Numbered from the stretch's first letter, positions 1-13,506 are shown. The stretch is 64,000 bases of DNA from Hyphochytrium catenoides (GCA_900088475.1 FLMG01000137.1:11140-75139); one strand, 5' to 3'. Numbers and translations are program-made. Notes: a model not told the origin generated them from the sequence alone.

Positions 1-619
1 TAGGTCATACAACGCAAGCGAATGTTCGTCTTGGACTTCGGGAGGCGGGTTGACTGAAAGCTCATACTTCTTCATGGTAGGCCAAGGTTAACGGACCGGG
101 GACCACAAAAGCATCTGCTAGAGGTATTTTATTAGCCTTCCACATCGTGAAGTGAGCAGTAATGAAGAGAGAACGGTCGCCGCATCTACAAATCCCATGC
201 AGGATGCCCTGTTGGGACATTAGGATGTCAAGCTCTTTCTTGAAACCTTTTCACATAGTGATCTCTCTTATAATCTCTCAGAGAATTTTCATGATCTCGA
301 GCCTCAACTTTCAAGAGACAGACAGACAAGCACTGGGATCAGTCTGCCTGGAAGTACAGTCAGGAACGCGCGGGTATAGGATATGTATGTTGTGACAATG
401 AGAGCAAAGTAACGAAGATCAATCGTGTTGACTGGCTGTAGCCTGTGTTTAGAGAACTACCCATAAGCTGATCACGAAGTATTAACAGAATCTGGCGTGG
501 ATGCTAGCATAGCAGTGCTGTTGGTCCTCCGCGGGCACTCCAGCCATTCAAAAAAGGGGCCAAGAAGGCAATCATGCAAATTCACTATCTGCTCGTTGAA
601 CAGGAAGGGGAGGCACACT

Positions 620-3600
620 CTACCAGCTCCCCTTCGGCACAACTTCTCTGCCATCCTTGGTGCACATTGAGACAAACTTGTCAAGACATGCCAGTCGCAG
701 CTTCTCAGGCGTCGCTGGACTGTTGAGAAGGAAGTACCCCGTGACGCCATTGTCCTCACGAGAGGAGGCGATGGCGTTCTTCAGAGCAAAAAGGACGGAT
801 GAAGCGAGGAACAGTGGCGGCTCTCCTATTCCTTTCGAGGAATGGACTGCGAAGGGGTTATCTGCGTCCTACATGGATGAATTGTAAATGGAGAAAGGAG
901 ACAGCGGCAGATAGAGCATTGAGGTCAGATCCAGGTCAAAACGTCCTCCCGCCAGCAAGGCAGCGAGAAGCTAAGGCACCAACGAAAAACGCAGAGAAGG
1001 CGAACGAAAGAAGACAGAAAGATACTATGAACACGGGAACCATCATAAATGACATCCTAAAAAGCGGGATCGTGCCAACAGCATGTCCGAGGTAGTCTAA
1101 GGTAGAGACTTATCGATAAGATGAAAAAGGAGAAAGAGCAGGAATATAGCGTGAGACCCGAGCCCTTACCTTCAACAATGTGATCCTATAATCCAGGGGA
1201 GTATCGTTGAAGCTTGGGATTTTGTACGCTCCAGGGCCCCTAGTGAACAGAACTCCGGGCTTAAGCCAAGGATGTGCCTTGTCTCCCCAGACCATCTCTT
1301 CCATGGTAAACATGCCAAAGCCCTGTGCGAATGCCCCTTCAATCTGGCCAATGTCGAGACCCGGGTTGAGAGACTTCCCAACATCCATATGAATCTCTAC
1401 TGCACGCACATGGGAGTCCCCAGTCAGCACATCGAGCTCTACCTCTGAGGTTGCCACTCCGTATGTGAAATAGTTGAAAGGTCGGCCTCTTTCTGCATTA
1501 TTTTTGGTGTCCAGGTCCCAGTTATACCCACACCGATCGCCTGGCACCACGTAGAACCCGTGGGCAGAGAGGTCCGTTCGTTCCATGTACGCCTTCTTTA
1601 CAATCTGAGGGAATGAGGCACCAGGCATAGTGTCTCTAAAGGGCTTCAGCCGATTGTTTATCTCTTCACAGGCATTTAGCACGGCCATTCCATAGAGGTC
1701 TGAGCTCATCGAGGCAGCAGACGGAGAACTGTTCGGTACCTTATCTGTCGACGTCTCGTTGACGTGTACTGCCTTGTGAGAGATGCCGAATGTCTCGGCT
1801 GCTATTTGGATGACTTTTGTGTGCAGCCCCTGACCCATTTCACAGCCTCCGTGCGTCACAAGGACAGTTCCATCCGTATAGACATTCACTAGGGCGCCAC
1901 CCTGGTTCATGAACTTGGCCGTGAAGGAGATACCGAACTTGGTAGGAATAACCGCAATACCCCTCTTTTTCCACTTGTGCTCCCGGTTGAACGCCTCTAT
2001 TTCTCTTTCTTTTTCTGCGAGCTTTCCGTCCCCCATCGCACTAGCCCAAAGCCGCTGCAGTGTGCAATGCTCCAATATCTCTCCATAATGAGTGACATCA
2101 CCTTCTACGTAGAGATTCTTCTCTCTTAGCTCCCTTACTGGGATTCCTAATTCTTGCGCCAAGTGATCCATGTAGGTTTCAGCCACCATCATTCCCTGAG
2201 GTCCTCCAAACCCTCTGAAAGCAGTGTTGCTTGCAATGTTCGTTCGACAGACCTTCCCAATGGTCCTCATATGAGGAATCTTGTATGCATTTTCGCAATG
2301 GAAGAGGGCACGGTCACAGACAGCAAAGGAGAGGTCCTGGGAGTAACCTGCGTTGCAATAAAGCTGCAGGTCAGCTGCTACCAGCTTCCCATCCTTTGTT
2401 GCCCCAACTTTGTATCTTCCGTAGAATGGGTGTCTGGTCCCTGTGATCTGCATATCCACCTCCCTGTCCAAGGAGATCCGCACTGGGCGCTGCTGGAGGA
2501 AAGCTGCAACCGCTACTGCCATAGAAACTACAGCAGAGCGGGTCTCTTTACCTCCAAACCCGCCTCCCAGTCGCTTTACTTTGCTCACAACGCGGTTGTG
2601 GGGCAGGCCAAGGACATGGGAGATAAGATGCTGAGTCTCACTGGGATTCTGGGTGGACGAGATGACAGTGATTCCCTCTCCTTCTTCTGGAATGCACAGA
2701 GCGGCATTTGTCTCCAAATAGAAGTGCTCTTGCCCTCCAATGTTCACATCGCCCTCTACTATCACGTCCGCCGCCGCAAAGCCCCGGTCCACATCCCCTG
2801 ACTCAATCCTATGCTCAACGGGGAAGAAAGATCCAGTAGCTATCGCCTCTTGAATGGAGAAAATGGGGGGAAGCTCCTGGTACGTGACTCGGACTAGCTT
2901 GGCTGCTTTCTCCGCGGAGGCTGGGGAAGTGGCGACAATGATGCCAATGATCTGGCCCACCGCGGTTACCGTCTCTGTTATAAAGCACTCTTCGTCTGGT
3001 GTGACAGGACCGACTCTGTTCGAACCTGGTACATCCTTTGCAGTGTAAAGCGCCACAAACCCCTCTACCTGCCTAGCAGGCTCTGCGTCTATGGAAACAA
3101 TCTTGCCGTGGGGGCACGTTGAGAGCACCAGACCGGCGTAGAGGGTGCCAGGAGGAGAGGGTAAGTCGTCCGTGTACTTCGCAGCGCCAGAGACTTGGAG
3201 GGGTGCAGACTTGTGAGGGATGTTTTGCCCAACCGCTGAGAGCTTTGATTTTGGATAGCGCTGGACGCCGCTGCTAGTCGGCCTTTCCTCCAGTAGGAAT
3301 CCATCAGATGGAGCCGGTCCTATATAGAGTATAGTAAGCAAAGTTAGTGCCATGAGGAGATATCGCCCTGGACAAGGACTAGGTTAAATAAAGCGAAGTT
3401 CTCTTCAATGTGAGACCTTTGAGAAAGTGAAAAAGCGAACAGAAACAGCGCTTACCGTCAATGACACCAGGAAGGTTCCAGAGCTCTGACACTTTGGAAA
3501 AGAACTTATAAAGGAAGCCAAGACAAAGAGATAGACGGTACTCTGACATGCCTCCCGGCACACCTTCCGGCAGTCGGAGCTCTTCTGCCAGGAGGGCTAC

Positions 3601-5784
3601 AGTGGCTTCTGCGTTTTCTTTGGTAAAGGCTTTCCCCTGTTGATAGAAGAGTGAATGCGCTGTCCTCTTAACTGGCATAAAAGCCATCTCTTCAATGAGA
3701 CGGGACAAATAAATTGCTTGGATAGCACAGCCAAGAAATTTGAGGTACAATGACAAAGGCACGGAAATTGGAATGCGGCAACAAGATAGATAAGGGTTAT
3801 CCGCACCTGCAAGTAAGCAGCAGTTTTCAAAGCACCGACGGTGGTCGGAGCCATTCCTCCAAATGCAAAGCACGACTCAGCCACTATCAGAAGGCCTTCC
3901 CGGCGCTCTAGGCGTATTCTCATTCCTGATGTAACGATAGAAATATCGTCTTCTCTTCTTTTTGCCTGCTTAAATGGCATCACCAGCTCCATTGGACACG
4001 TGAAGGGAATCTTCACGGAGACGATGACCTCTTGCGGCTGGAGCGCCACTTTCCGATAACCTAAGAAAAACTGAGATACCTTAACCTCCCTCGTCCCACT
4101 AGTAGAGGCTAGTTCAAGCACGGCATCTGCAGAGTATAAAAGCGGATTGAGGTCGGAGATGGGGCTGGCCGTGGCAATGTTGCCTGCGATGCTAGCAGCA
4201 TTGCGGATATGGTTGGAGGCGAACCACTTAAGCATGAGAACAATGGATCTGAGAGAATGAACTTCGCTCTCCTTTCTGTCTGCAATAACGCCTTCCAGGT
4301 ATTTTTTCAGCTCTGTCAAAGTGACAGATGCCCCGACCCTGACACCTCTGAAGGCCTTCTCTGGGCTCTCTCCGTCCCTCGCGAACTCTTCAATGACCTG
4401 TGTTACTGTCAGCTCAGGAATGTTCGTGGGCTGTATGAGAACTGGATAGTGAAGGTTCTTGAACTTGGTTTCGATGCCTACTTCCGTATTTCCTACGACA
4501 AGTTTAGCCTGAAAAACACAAGCAGTTAGCCAACCAAGTGCCACTTCTTCCTCTGTCTCAAAATTTTACCTCTGGATGGAGCTTCTTCAAGACCAGCAGT
4601 TCCGCAAGAGAGCTTGGCCGGAACCACTTAACTCCTCCTTCTTCATAACATACAGAGCGCGGCGTCCGCTTCAGCAGCTCGGCGGGGAAGGTTGGCGGAG
4701 AGATAGAAAGAGCAGGAGCAGTGCCAAGCTTTCCTTTTGTACAACTAACAACCTCCTCTGCGTCCTCGATATCTCCGACATCCTTCTTTTTGTTAGGGCA
4801 CGCTCCACAACAGCCATTTTTTGTCTCTCCATTTTCTGCTCCGTGGCTGCCACATGAAGGTTTGTCATGCGCAAAAGTCTTGGCAGCGTCCAAGATCGGA
4901 CGATACCCTAAGATTTTTAATAAGGATCAGGCACAAGAACAACAAAGTTTCCGTCAGAGGGCAGCAGGAAGTCAAGAGCGAAAGATAGGGACCAGCATAG
5001 AGACGCAAGCAGGCATTTGGGTGGTATGGAACACAGAGGGTAAGGGGGAGAGGCAAAGGGAGCGAGAAGCAGAGAGAACAGGGCGGAGAGAGAGCAAGAT
5101 GGGTTCCATACCAGTACACCGGCAAAGGTTGCCATCAAAGCTTTCCTCTATATCGCGCTGACTAGGCTCTTTCTCGTTGATTAGCAGTCCATAGAGTGAC
5201 ATAACAATTCCTGGCGTGCAGTACCCGCATTGTGACCCGTGAAAGTCTGCTATCCGCTGCTGCACAGGGTGAAGGCCGCGATTAGGATCCCCAAGCCCCT
5301 CAACCGTCACCACATGATGGCCGTCAACGCTTGCCAAAGGAAACAGGCAGGCATTAACAGTCCTATAGTGCGGGCTAGATCCCTCCTGATTGCCGATAAC
5401 GACCGTGCAAGCGCCACATCCTCCTTCCCCACAGCCAAGTTTAGTGCCTGTGTATCCTTGGGAGCGAAGATATTGCAGTAGAGTAGTGGAAGGGCTGGGA
5501 TTCGAGAGATGATGACGTGTATCATTGACATAGAAGAGGAGGTCGGTGCCATAGCTCACAGGGCCCTGTAGAACAGAAAACATCAAACTTGATGGCGGAC
5601 ACAGGGATACAGGGGAATAAAGGAAGAGACGGTCACTGCAGAAAAGAGAGCAACAACAGAGCAAGGCGGATCAGATACGAAGAGAGCAAGGAGCGCCAGA
5701 ATAGCTTTAGGGAAACCTATCGTAGAACGAGGAGAGGAAACGACCCTGATGGACTGCATTTACCAAGCCGTCTTGCTCCTTCAT
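620..5784 (-). CDS. XDH: Xanthine dehydrogenase/oxidase (2Fe-2S, FAD and Moco domains), 7 exons
   Basis: Motifs GTKLGCGEGGCGACTV, QCGYCTPG, GNLCRCTG|YRPIL, GGQEHFYLE, GGGFGGKE, AFRGFGGPQG, GQIEGAF and SSKGIGEPPLFLA. ATG at 5784 (MKEQDGL|gtaaat); all introns are GT-AG and frame-consistent; stop TAG at 620-622. Confidence 0.97.
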
Positions 5785-6239
5785 GACCGTCCCCATCGTC
5801 CCGCCTTAGCTAAGCAGCTGTAGAGAAGACGCAGAAAGGTGGGGTCAGAGCCTTGGTTAGCTACTCTGCTGGGTCTGCAGACTGGCGTCAGCAGAGCTTG
5901 GAGCTTTCTTCAGAGGCCTGCTCAAGCTTCCTTCAGTCTGCTTGCTGCCTCTGCTTCTGACAGCAATCGCACTTGTGGGCAGGCGAGCGAGAGGCGACAG
6001 ACGGTCTTCGGGTGCATCCAACTTTCTTCAAGTTGAACGAGACAGAGACACCAGAATAAAGCACTAGAAGAGAAAGAGAAACAGACAGAGAGGGCTTGAA
6101 GTGAGACAGAGTGAATATGGAAGGAGAGAGAGTGGAGTGTGAGTGGGCCAGACCTGGTGGGGAAGATAGCACAACGAGAGAGGGAGACAGACCTAGCGGT
6201 CAGACAGAGTCACAGAGAGATAGGTCAATGTACAAACTC

Positions 6240-7870
6240 TCCTCCTTAGCCTTGATGTGATTGTTCTTCTGTGGAGGAGGAATATCCTTAGATCTGATCT
6301 CTCTTCACTCTTAGGGTCTCCACTGCCAGATGGAATATCATTAGGTATCCCTTCAACCTCCGGATAAAACAGTCTTTGGGTGGTCTTGGACCCTCACGCG
6401 GTCAAATATCAGGTCTATCTTCTCACAAATACCGTTGTCTCTGCAAAAAGGCGGCGTATCCTTAGGTTCTCGAGAATGTCATGGCAGGTCATAGATCCAG
6501 CGAGGCTGAGTTTTCCAGAGCGCCAAGTGTCCTGCCTGTCCCACAGCAGCAGCGCCGCAGGTTCTGAAGGATCTGATGGTGTTCGGAAGATGTTGCTGAT
6601 GATGGCAGGCAGCCAGACAGCAGGAGGGAGGAGGAGGATGTGAGTCATTCATCACCATGGACAGGGAGGAGGCGGGTTGTTCGACTGATGCGATGAGCTG
6701 GGGATGGAACAAGGCAGTCGGAAACGTAGGGACCAGCAGCTTGGTGGTGGCAGCATGGGGAGGCGCGAGTGAGGTTGCTTGACCGAGAGAACGTCCTTCT
6801 TGTTTGGGTGCCGCCTTTTATCCTCATCATAAGGTGAGTGAGTGAGTGGCGAAGGCAAGCAATGCCTTCGAGAGAGAAGCGGACCTCAGCATAACTAAAT
6901 AAGATGAAGAAATAAACCACAGCAAGGCGGCGCGGAAGGTGTGAGAGCTATGGTGGGGAACGCGGTGAGATTGATCAAGTCGCTGGAGGAGGAGCTACCA
7001 GGAATAGAAGTATTATCCTTGCAATGGGAAGAGCTCACCCCGCTATACGGACAAGCTCCATTAAAATATCTGCCGGAGCTCCACGACTTCTTTCTCTTCT
7101 ACGTACCCGCTTACCCCTGACAGAAGCTTATGTAGACGCTACATATAGGTCTATCCCCTTATTTCATTCTTCGCTGATCAATGCAGGGGTTCTTCTGTGG
7201 CCGCGCTGAGTGTTACACAGAAGGGTGTGCTTGCTTTCTGGCTTGAGGAGGTGTCAACGAGGAACGTGGTGCTTGTTAAGTTGTATAGATGCCGCATGGC
7301 ATCGCAGGTCCACGGGAGACAACAAATATCCTGCTATTGGTCCTTCTACCTGCATCCTGTCCTTACATTCCTCGAGGATCAAGCAGTTGGGCCATTAGAC
7401 TCCATAGTAACCGGTGGCTGTGTTCCTAGCCCGCTGCCATAAGCTTGAAGTCGTTAGTCAAGAACCATCGCAACGCAATAGTTTAGCTTTTGACACATTG
7501 ATTGATGACCACGTCGTCCGTGACTGTGGACATAGAAGAGCCCTTGATGACTGGCCTCTGCTGCGTGTCAATCAAGACGAAGACAGAGAGCAATAGAAGT
7601 CAATAGACCAGCTCCTTACTAGATGAATGCTGGTGTCTTGGTCCTTGTTCAGCTGATGGATCATCAGCTAGAGGTAAGCTCATCTGCTGTAAGGCGTGTA
7701 AGGATAAGGATGATAAGGCCTTGTAAATCATAGAAGACAGAGCGATGATGATGGAGCTGTGTGAACAGATGCGGCCAAGGATACTGTGGAGGCGGATGGG
7801 TGTGGACGGCTAAGAGTTTGTAGCGCTGGGGTGGGTGGGCTTGTGAGGCTGGGTTCTTGAGTTGAAGATG
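6240..7870 (-). mobile_element. Possible highly degenerate non-LTR (LINE-like) retroelement fragment
   Basis: Broken minus-strand frames give LTADELT (resembles the YADD RT motif, ~7675-7695), SINVSKAKLL (RT-like, ~7475-7505) and LRFRL...CPW**MTHILL (resembles the C-terminal CCHC knuckle, ~6630-6730), in the expected order. Many stops and frameshifts. Confidence 0.3.
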
Positions 7871-8303
7871 TTTGTCCCTTGTCCCGCTCGTTGCGCCTTG
7901 TGATGGACATGCCTTCCCTCTCTTTCTCTCTCTCTCTCTCTCGCTCGCTCGCTCTCTCGCTCGCTCGCTCTCGCTCGCTCTTATGATCCTCTCTCTCTTC
8001 TTTCTCTTGATCTCTTCGTCATCTCCGTCTCACGCCCTCTCTACTGCTGGCCATGCTGTCTCAGTCACTTTGACAAAAGGTCCCAAACTTGACCGGCCTG
8101 TTCCAAAGCTTTGCGGAGGGGTGCGTCTCCCAATCAGTAGCTCCCGCTCTACCGGTGAAGCTAGCTCTCAATAGTCTCCGCTCCCTGTCGCTGGGGCTTC
8201 CTTGCCCTGCCCTCTCTACGAAAGTCTGAATCGCAGGGAAGAGAGAGCGAAGAGAGCTGAGGGGACAGACTGAGACTGTCATATATTGCTAGCAAGAGGT
8301 AAA

Positions 8304-11300
8304 ATGACCTGGACCTGTACCATCTGCACGTTTCCCAATGAGGATGACTCAAGCTCAACCTGCGAGATCTGCGGAGTAACACGACTCCTAGAGAAAAGCT
8401 CCCTCTCGGCCTCCACGACAACGCTCGGTAGCCGCAATGAGCGCCCTCTCTTCTCCTCTCTCTCTGTCGAGCCAGCCCAACCAGCGATCTCTGCTGGCCC
8501 GCCCGTTGGCTTCAGTCATAGCACCAGCACATCCGCCGAGAATGCCCAGGATTCTATGAGTAGGGAAGAGCCTGTAGTCAGGCCCACAGCTTCATCGTTG
8601 CCCACTGCCACTATTGAGCCCGACCTGGGGCTAGAACATCAGTCGTCCCATGGAAGTGTCATCACTAGGCAAGAGGACGAAGAGTTCGACTTGTTCGGAG
8701 GTCCATCAGCATCAGCCGATGTTTCTCAGTCATCGTTCTCTTTCCCCCAGCCATCGCTAAACTCTTCCCTTCCTCTCACAGCCGCTTCTTCCAGCTCTAC
8801 GCCTCTCTCTGCCGCGCCCGATGCAGCTACACCGACAGTCAGGACATCTCTTTCAACCGGTCAGACGGAACAGGACGTTTCGGTGAGAGGTGCCCATCCC
8901 ACAGGTAGAGCTTCGTCCCCTGGTCTTGGTCACGCTCCTTTCGCCTAGCCTCCGTCTGTTCCGTTCGCTTGTTGGGCTAAAGAACCGGTTAACCTTCTTT
9001 AGGTTGACTCTTTGAAAGGCTCTAACTTCTCATCTTGAGGCTGAGAATTCTTGCGCTGTCTCATGTGGGTCTTTTTTTAAGGATCATTTTTCTTGCGTGT
9101 TTCTCAGACTCTCTTTCCCTCCATTTCTCGGGCTGCTCTCTGTCGCTCTATCGCGTTTTCCCCTCTAGTTCAATCTCTTGCTCCTTCACTCTCCCTGCTT
9201 GTCTCTCTGTCTCTCTCTCCTTCCCTCTCTCTTCCTTTCCTTCTCTCTCAATTCCTTCCTTCTCTTCCTCTTGCTTTTCTTCTCTCTCTCTTCCTTTTTG
9301 ATATCTCTCCTGTTGGAACCTCTACTGCTGCCAACTAAACCCTTGCTGCCCCTGCCTTCCTAGGGATTGCAGTAGGGGGTGGCCGAGTCCTTCACTATCA
9401 GGCAGTCCTGCCTTTCTCTCTCCCTTTCAAGACGGTCGATGATGCTTTTGATGGGCGGGTAATCACGATAGGAGAGTATGATGTGCAACAGGGCAGCAGA
9501 GGATCAAGAATACGCCGGCGCGGACTCACGTCTGCTTATTCTGACCGCACAAAGCAGGATGATGGGTCCTGGGGAAGAGTGCTTGAAGATGCACTCACAC
9601 CTGCACTGCAGTATACAGGTGAGAAGGGGCCAATAGTTGGAATAGGAGCCCGCCGGTTTGTAGAGACAGGACCAAGGGTCTACAGGTTGTTCACAGTTTT
9701 TTCTTGCAGTGGCTGTGTCTGCTTCCTTAGGCAGCTAGAATTAGGATGATGACTCCTCACTTCCCAGCTCTACGCGCCGACATTCACTTTCTCATTTCTT
9801 TTGCTCTTCTGGAAACATTTCTGGGTGCGGCTCCTCTCATTTTCCTCCGCCGTCCTTTGAAATTGATCTAGACACGGAGTTTCCGCCTTCACCTTCGTCT
9901 ATTGCTCAAAGCGACAGTCAGACTGCAGCCAAGCTAAGGGGACAAGTCACGCACTGGCGACGTGTTAGTGAGTTCTTTGTCCATACAGAGTGAGTCCTAG
10001 GCATAGTACTGTCCGCGCTGAGTAACCCTTCCTTGCGGTTCTCTTCCCCCTCCGTGTTGACTATAACCTTCCTCCTCCATTTCCTTCTTCTTCCCTAGCT
10101 CATCACAAGTTCTTACTCTCAAAGACGGTGAGCTCCTCCCTTTCTATGGCTATCTTCGAATTCTTATCCTCTATCCGTGTCTCAGCATTCTCATCTCCCT
10201 GTTGTTGCTCTGGGCCCTATATGACCCTAGATACATAGAGTTGAAGCTGAGAGAGGATACTCCTCATGAGCTAGGTGGAATCTCTAATATCACCCCGGAG
10301 GACTATGCAGCTAGAACTAACAGTGGAGTTTCCTCTTCCGCCCTGTCAGTGGCTGAGGAGGTGGGAAAGGATTGCTGCTGCTCTAAGCTTCTCAATCTCG
10401 TCCTTTCATACCGCTGTAAAGAGTTCTTCGGTTACTCTGTGGGCCACCAGCGTGTCGTCCTGCATGGGCAGTAGATCTCTACCCGCGAAAAGCATTAGAG
10501 CCCGTCACTCTATTAGTCTTTCTGTTGCTATGTCATCATGATACTCTTTACCTTCTTTGTCCTCACTGTCACCCCGTCTTCCTTTTGCTTTACAGATTGT
10601 AACTGCGGGGTTGGAGAATGACCAACTGAGACATCATAAGCACTGTTCGCCTTACATAGTCAACTGGATGAACGAAGTTGTTGGAGGAAGCGAAGGCGTC
10701 CCACGCTTTACTCTCTTTTGGCAACTTAACATGCGCAACCGGCTAGAGCCTCTAACTTTTGCCGGATTGGGTCCATTGAAGGCACAAACCGAGGCTCGCC
10801 CAGGCAAAGTTCCGATGCTCGTTCTCGCTGTCCCTGTGATCTTCCGAGCTCCTAACGCGGAGCTGTTCGTTCCTCCAACTCCGTTATCTCCTACGCCACC
10901 GGGGTCTGTACGGCAGGGAAAGCTAGGAGATGGCTACCTGCTAGGGGCTCTCTCTGCGCTTTCCTGTAGCCTTCCTAGACTCCTTTCCCTCTTTCCAGGT
11001 GAGCTAATAGACTGAGTTGGGGGAAATCTTGCTAACGTTATTAGTAGTTACGCGCTCCCTGCTAGTCCACGTTGGGTCTCAGCCTTTAGGTGGACTTGAC
11101 ATCTAGCTGACTGGCCTCCTACTTCTCAACCACTTCAGAGTCTCAAAACACCGTGCCCCAGAGGTACAATGACTTAGGCGTTTATGCAGTCAGATTTTTC
11201 AGGGACGGTGAATGGCGGGTGGTGATTGTAGATGACCAGCTGCCCTGCAACAAGCAAGGAAGACCAGCGTTTGCGCGGTTTGCGGCAGGAAGAACAGAGC

Positions 11301-13009
11301 TTTGGGCGTTGATCGCAGAGAAGGCGTACGCAAAACTCTATGGGAGTTATGAAAGAATTGAGGGTGGACAAGAGAAAGAGGCGCTGGAGGAGCTAACTGG
11401 TGGCTATGCTCTGTCTCAGGATCTGAATCAGGGAGAAGAGGATGCTTGGCAACTCCTAGATCGCACTTTAAGAGAGGGAGGGATCATTTGCGCTTTGCGA
11501 GGAGAGAGGGTCGACTCTTCTACAATCTGCCCTAGTGGCGGAAGAGGCTTTGGCATATTGGGGGTTGCTAAAGTACAAGAAGGCGGTAAAGGCGGAGAGG
11601 AGCGCCTGGTAAGGCTGAAGAATGCTTGGGGCCGAGGTCAGGAGTACACTGGACCTTGGTGCGATTGGGATCCACGTTGGCAAGGGTTGAGCAGGGAAGA
11701 AAGGGACAAGACTGACTTCATAGCAGAGGAGGACGGGAGCTGGTGGATGCCTCTATCACTCTTCCTTCAGTATTTTCCAACAGTGATTACCTGTTTTACT
11801 CCTGCTCTTCATGAGGACTGGTGCACACACAGAGTCAGCGCTTCGTGGACTCCCCAGCTCTCTGGAGGAAGGCGTGCCCCGCACCTCCATCCGCAGTTCT
11901 TCCTTTCTCTAGACGGAGAGAGCCGTGTGGTGATACATATAGAGCAAGAAAGCAAGCGATTGAGAAGAGGAGACGGCAAAGAAGGAGGTTACGATACGGC
12001 TATCAATGTCGTCGTGGCCAGCAACGGAGAGATGGGAAAGCGAAAGATTGACATTGCAAAGGATCTCGTGTATAAAGGAAAATTCCATCGCTCCCAGTCT
12101 ATTGCAGTGGAGCTCTCTCTCCCTGCTGCTGCTACACCCTATGTCATCTTCCCTATCACTTACGAGGCTGGGGTATCTGCCTCGGTCACGCTCTCAGTCT
12201 TCACCAGTGCATCTTCAAGGATTGAACCCCTGTCCGACTCAATTCTTCCTTTCTGCGAAGTCTGTAGGAAGGTACTCGCCGATTCCTTCTCCGTCACCAA
12301 CGATAAGGAACTGGTATGTACCTCCTGCCTGGAAGATTACCGAAGACAGCGCGCGCCCTCTTGTGCTCATTGTACAGAGAAAATCTATGCACTCCCAGGA
12401 CGGTTTTCTGGACAGTTCTTCTCGTTAGAGAGTGGCGAGACAGTGCACCAAGAATGTATGGCAGAGTATAAGGCACAGAAAGCGGACAAGTGTTGTCATT
12501 GCGGTCGGCCGATTGTCCCTGTGCCTCAGATCTTTTCAGGTCGATTTTATTCCTTGGAGGGAGGCAAGAAGTGCCATGAAGAGTGCTGGGAGGTCTATCA
12601 AAAAAACAAAGCAGACAAGTGCGCACACTGCGGTAAGGAGATTCTGAAGCTTCTTCCTCAATTCTCGGGAAAGTTCTATACTTTAGAGGAGGGAGAGCAA
12701 GGAGGGAAGAAGGTCCATGCCGAATGCTGGCAGAGCTATCAAGAGACCACTGCTGAGCAGTGTGAACACTGTGGTGGGCCCGTTTGCAAGATTGAGGGAA
12801 GGTTTGATGGCCGCTTCTATTCGCTACCTGGAGAAGGGAAAGTACACGGAGAGTGCTGGGAGGCGTACAAGCTGCAGAAAGCTGAAAGATGCGCTCACTG
12901 CGGCGTTGGCGTATGTCCAATCCCTGGTCGCTTCGATGGGCGATACTACGCACTGCCCTCAGGAGAGAAAGTGCATGCAGAATGTTGGGAGACATTCAAT
13001 AAGAAATGA
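8304..13009 (+). CDS. Calpain-family pseudoprotease: RanBP2-type zinc finger, CysPc with insertion, C2-like domain III, tandem zinc-finger repeats
   Basis: WTCTICTFPN...CEICG (RanBP2 finger); YT|DTEFPP; VRQGKLGDGYLLGALSAL; GVYAVRFFRDGEWRVVIVDDQLP; ELWALIAEKAYAKLYGSYERIEGG; LVRLKNAWG; HPQFFL; YVIFPITY. Approximate exons 8304-8903, 9364-9618, 9871-9989, 10231-10360, 10596-10998, 11139-13009. Confidence 0.9.
12362..13000 (+). repeat. Five tandem ~44-aa CxHC-x(23-27)-HxEC coding repeats (half-LIM-like)
   Basis: CAHC..HQEC, CCHC..HEEC, CAHC..HAEC, CEHC..HGEC, CAHC..HAEC, each with an F(S/D)G(Q/R/K)(F/Y)(F/Y)xL core. Preceded by CEVC..CTSC. Confidence 0.9.
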
Positions 13010-13506
13010 AGGGGAAGGACATGTGGAGGAGGCTGGGCTGGGGCAGGAGAGGCGAGATTGCAGAGGTCAAATGGGTAAATATAGCAGCCGGGGATCTGGC
13101 AATAAGTTAATGCGGTTGAAGTTGCCTCATACATACCAATTCAGGGAGCCAACTTCAGCACTGTGATACGGGTACACCCTATGACACACCTTGTGGCCCT
13201 ATAAATAAAGTGTCTAAAAAATCTCTCCATGAGACTATGGCGTACTTTCTCCGCTAGGGACGGCCCCTCTCTAGTCTGAGACCGCTTTCTGCCAACAGAG
13301 CTAGTTATAAGCAAAAGGCTCTGCTAATGAACTCGCAAAGTTCTTTCTCTCCAGGGACGGAGTTCTTTTCTGTGCATGAACTCGGATAGTTGGACATCAA
13401 AGGCCCAATCCGTCTTATTGGGAGCTCTTTGACTTTGACTCAATCTTCGTCTAGTCCTCTCCTTATCTTGGCTCCCCAGGCTCCGATCTTTCTCCGTTTG
13501 TATATC

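Noticed and set aside
1-57. Possible terminal exon (VIQRKRMFVLDFGRRVD*) of a gene upstream of the window
   Set aside because: Too short, with no recognisable motif to support it.
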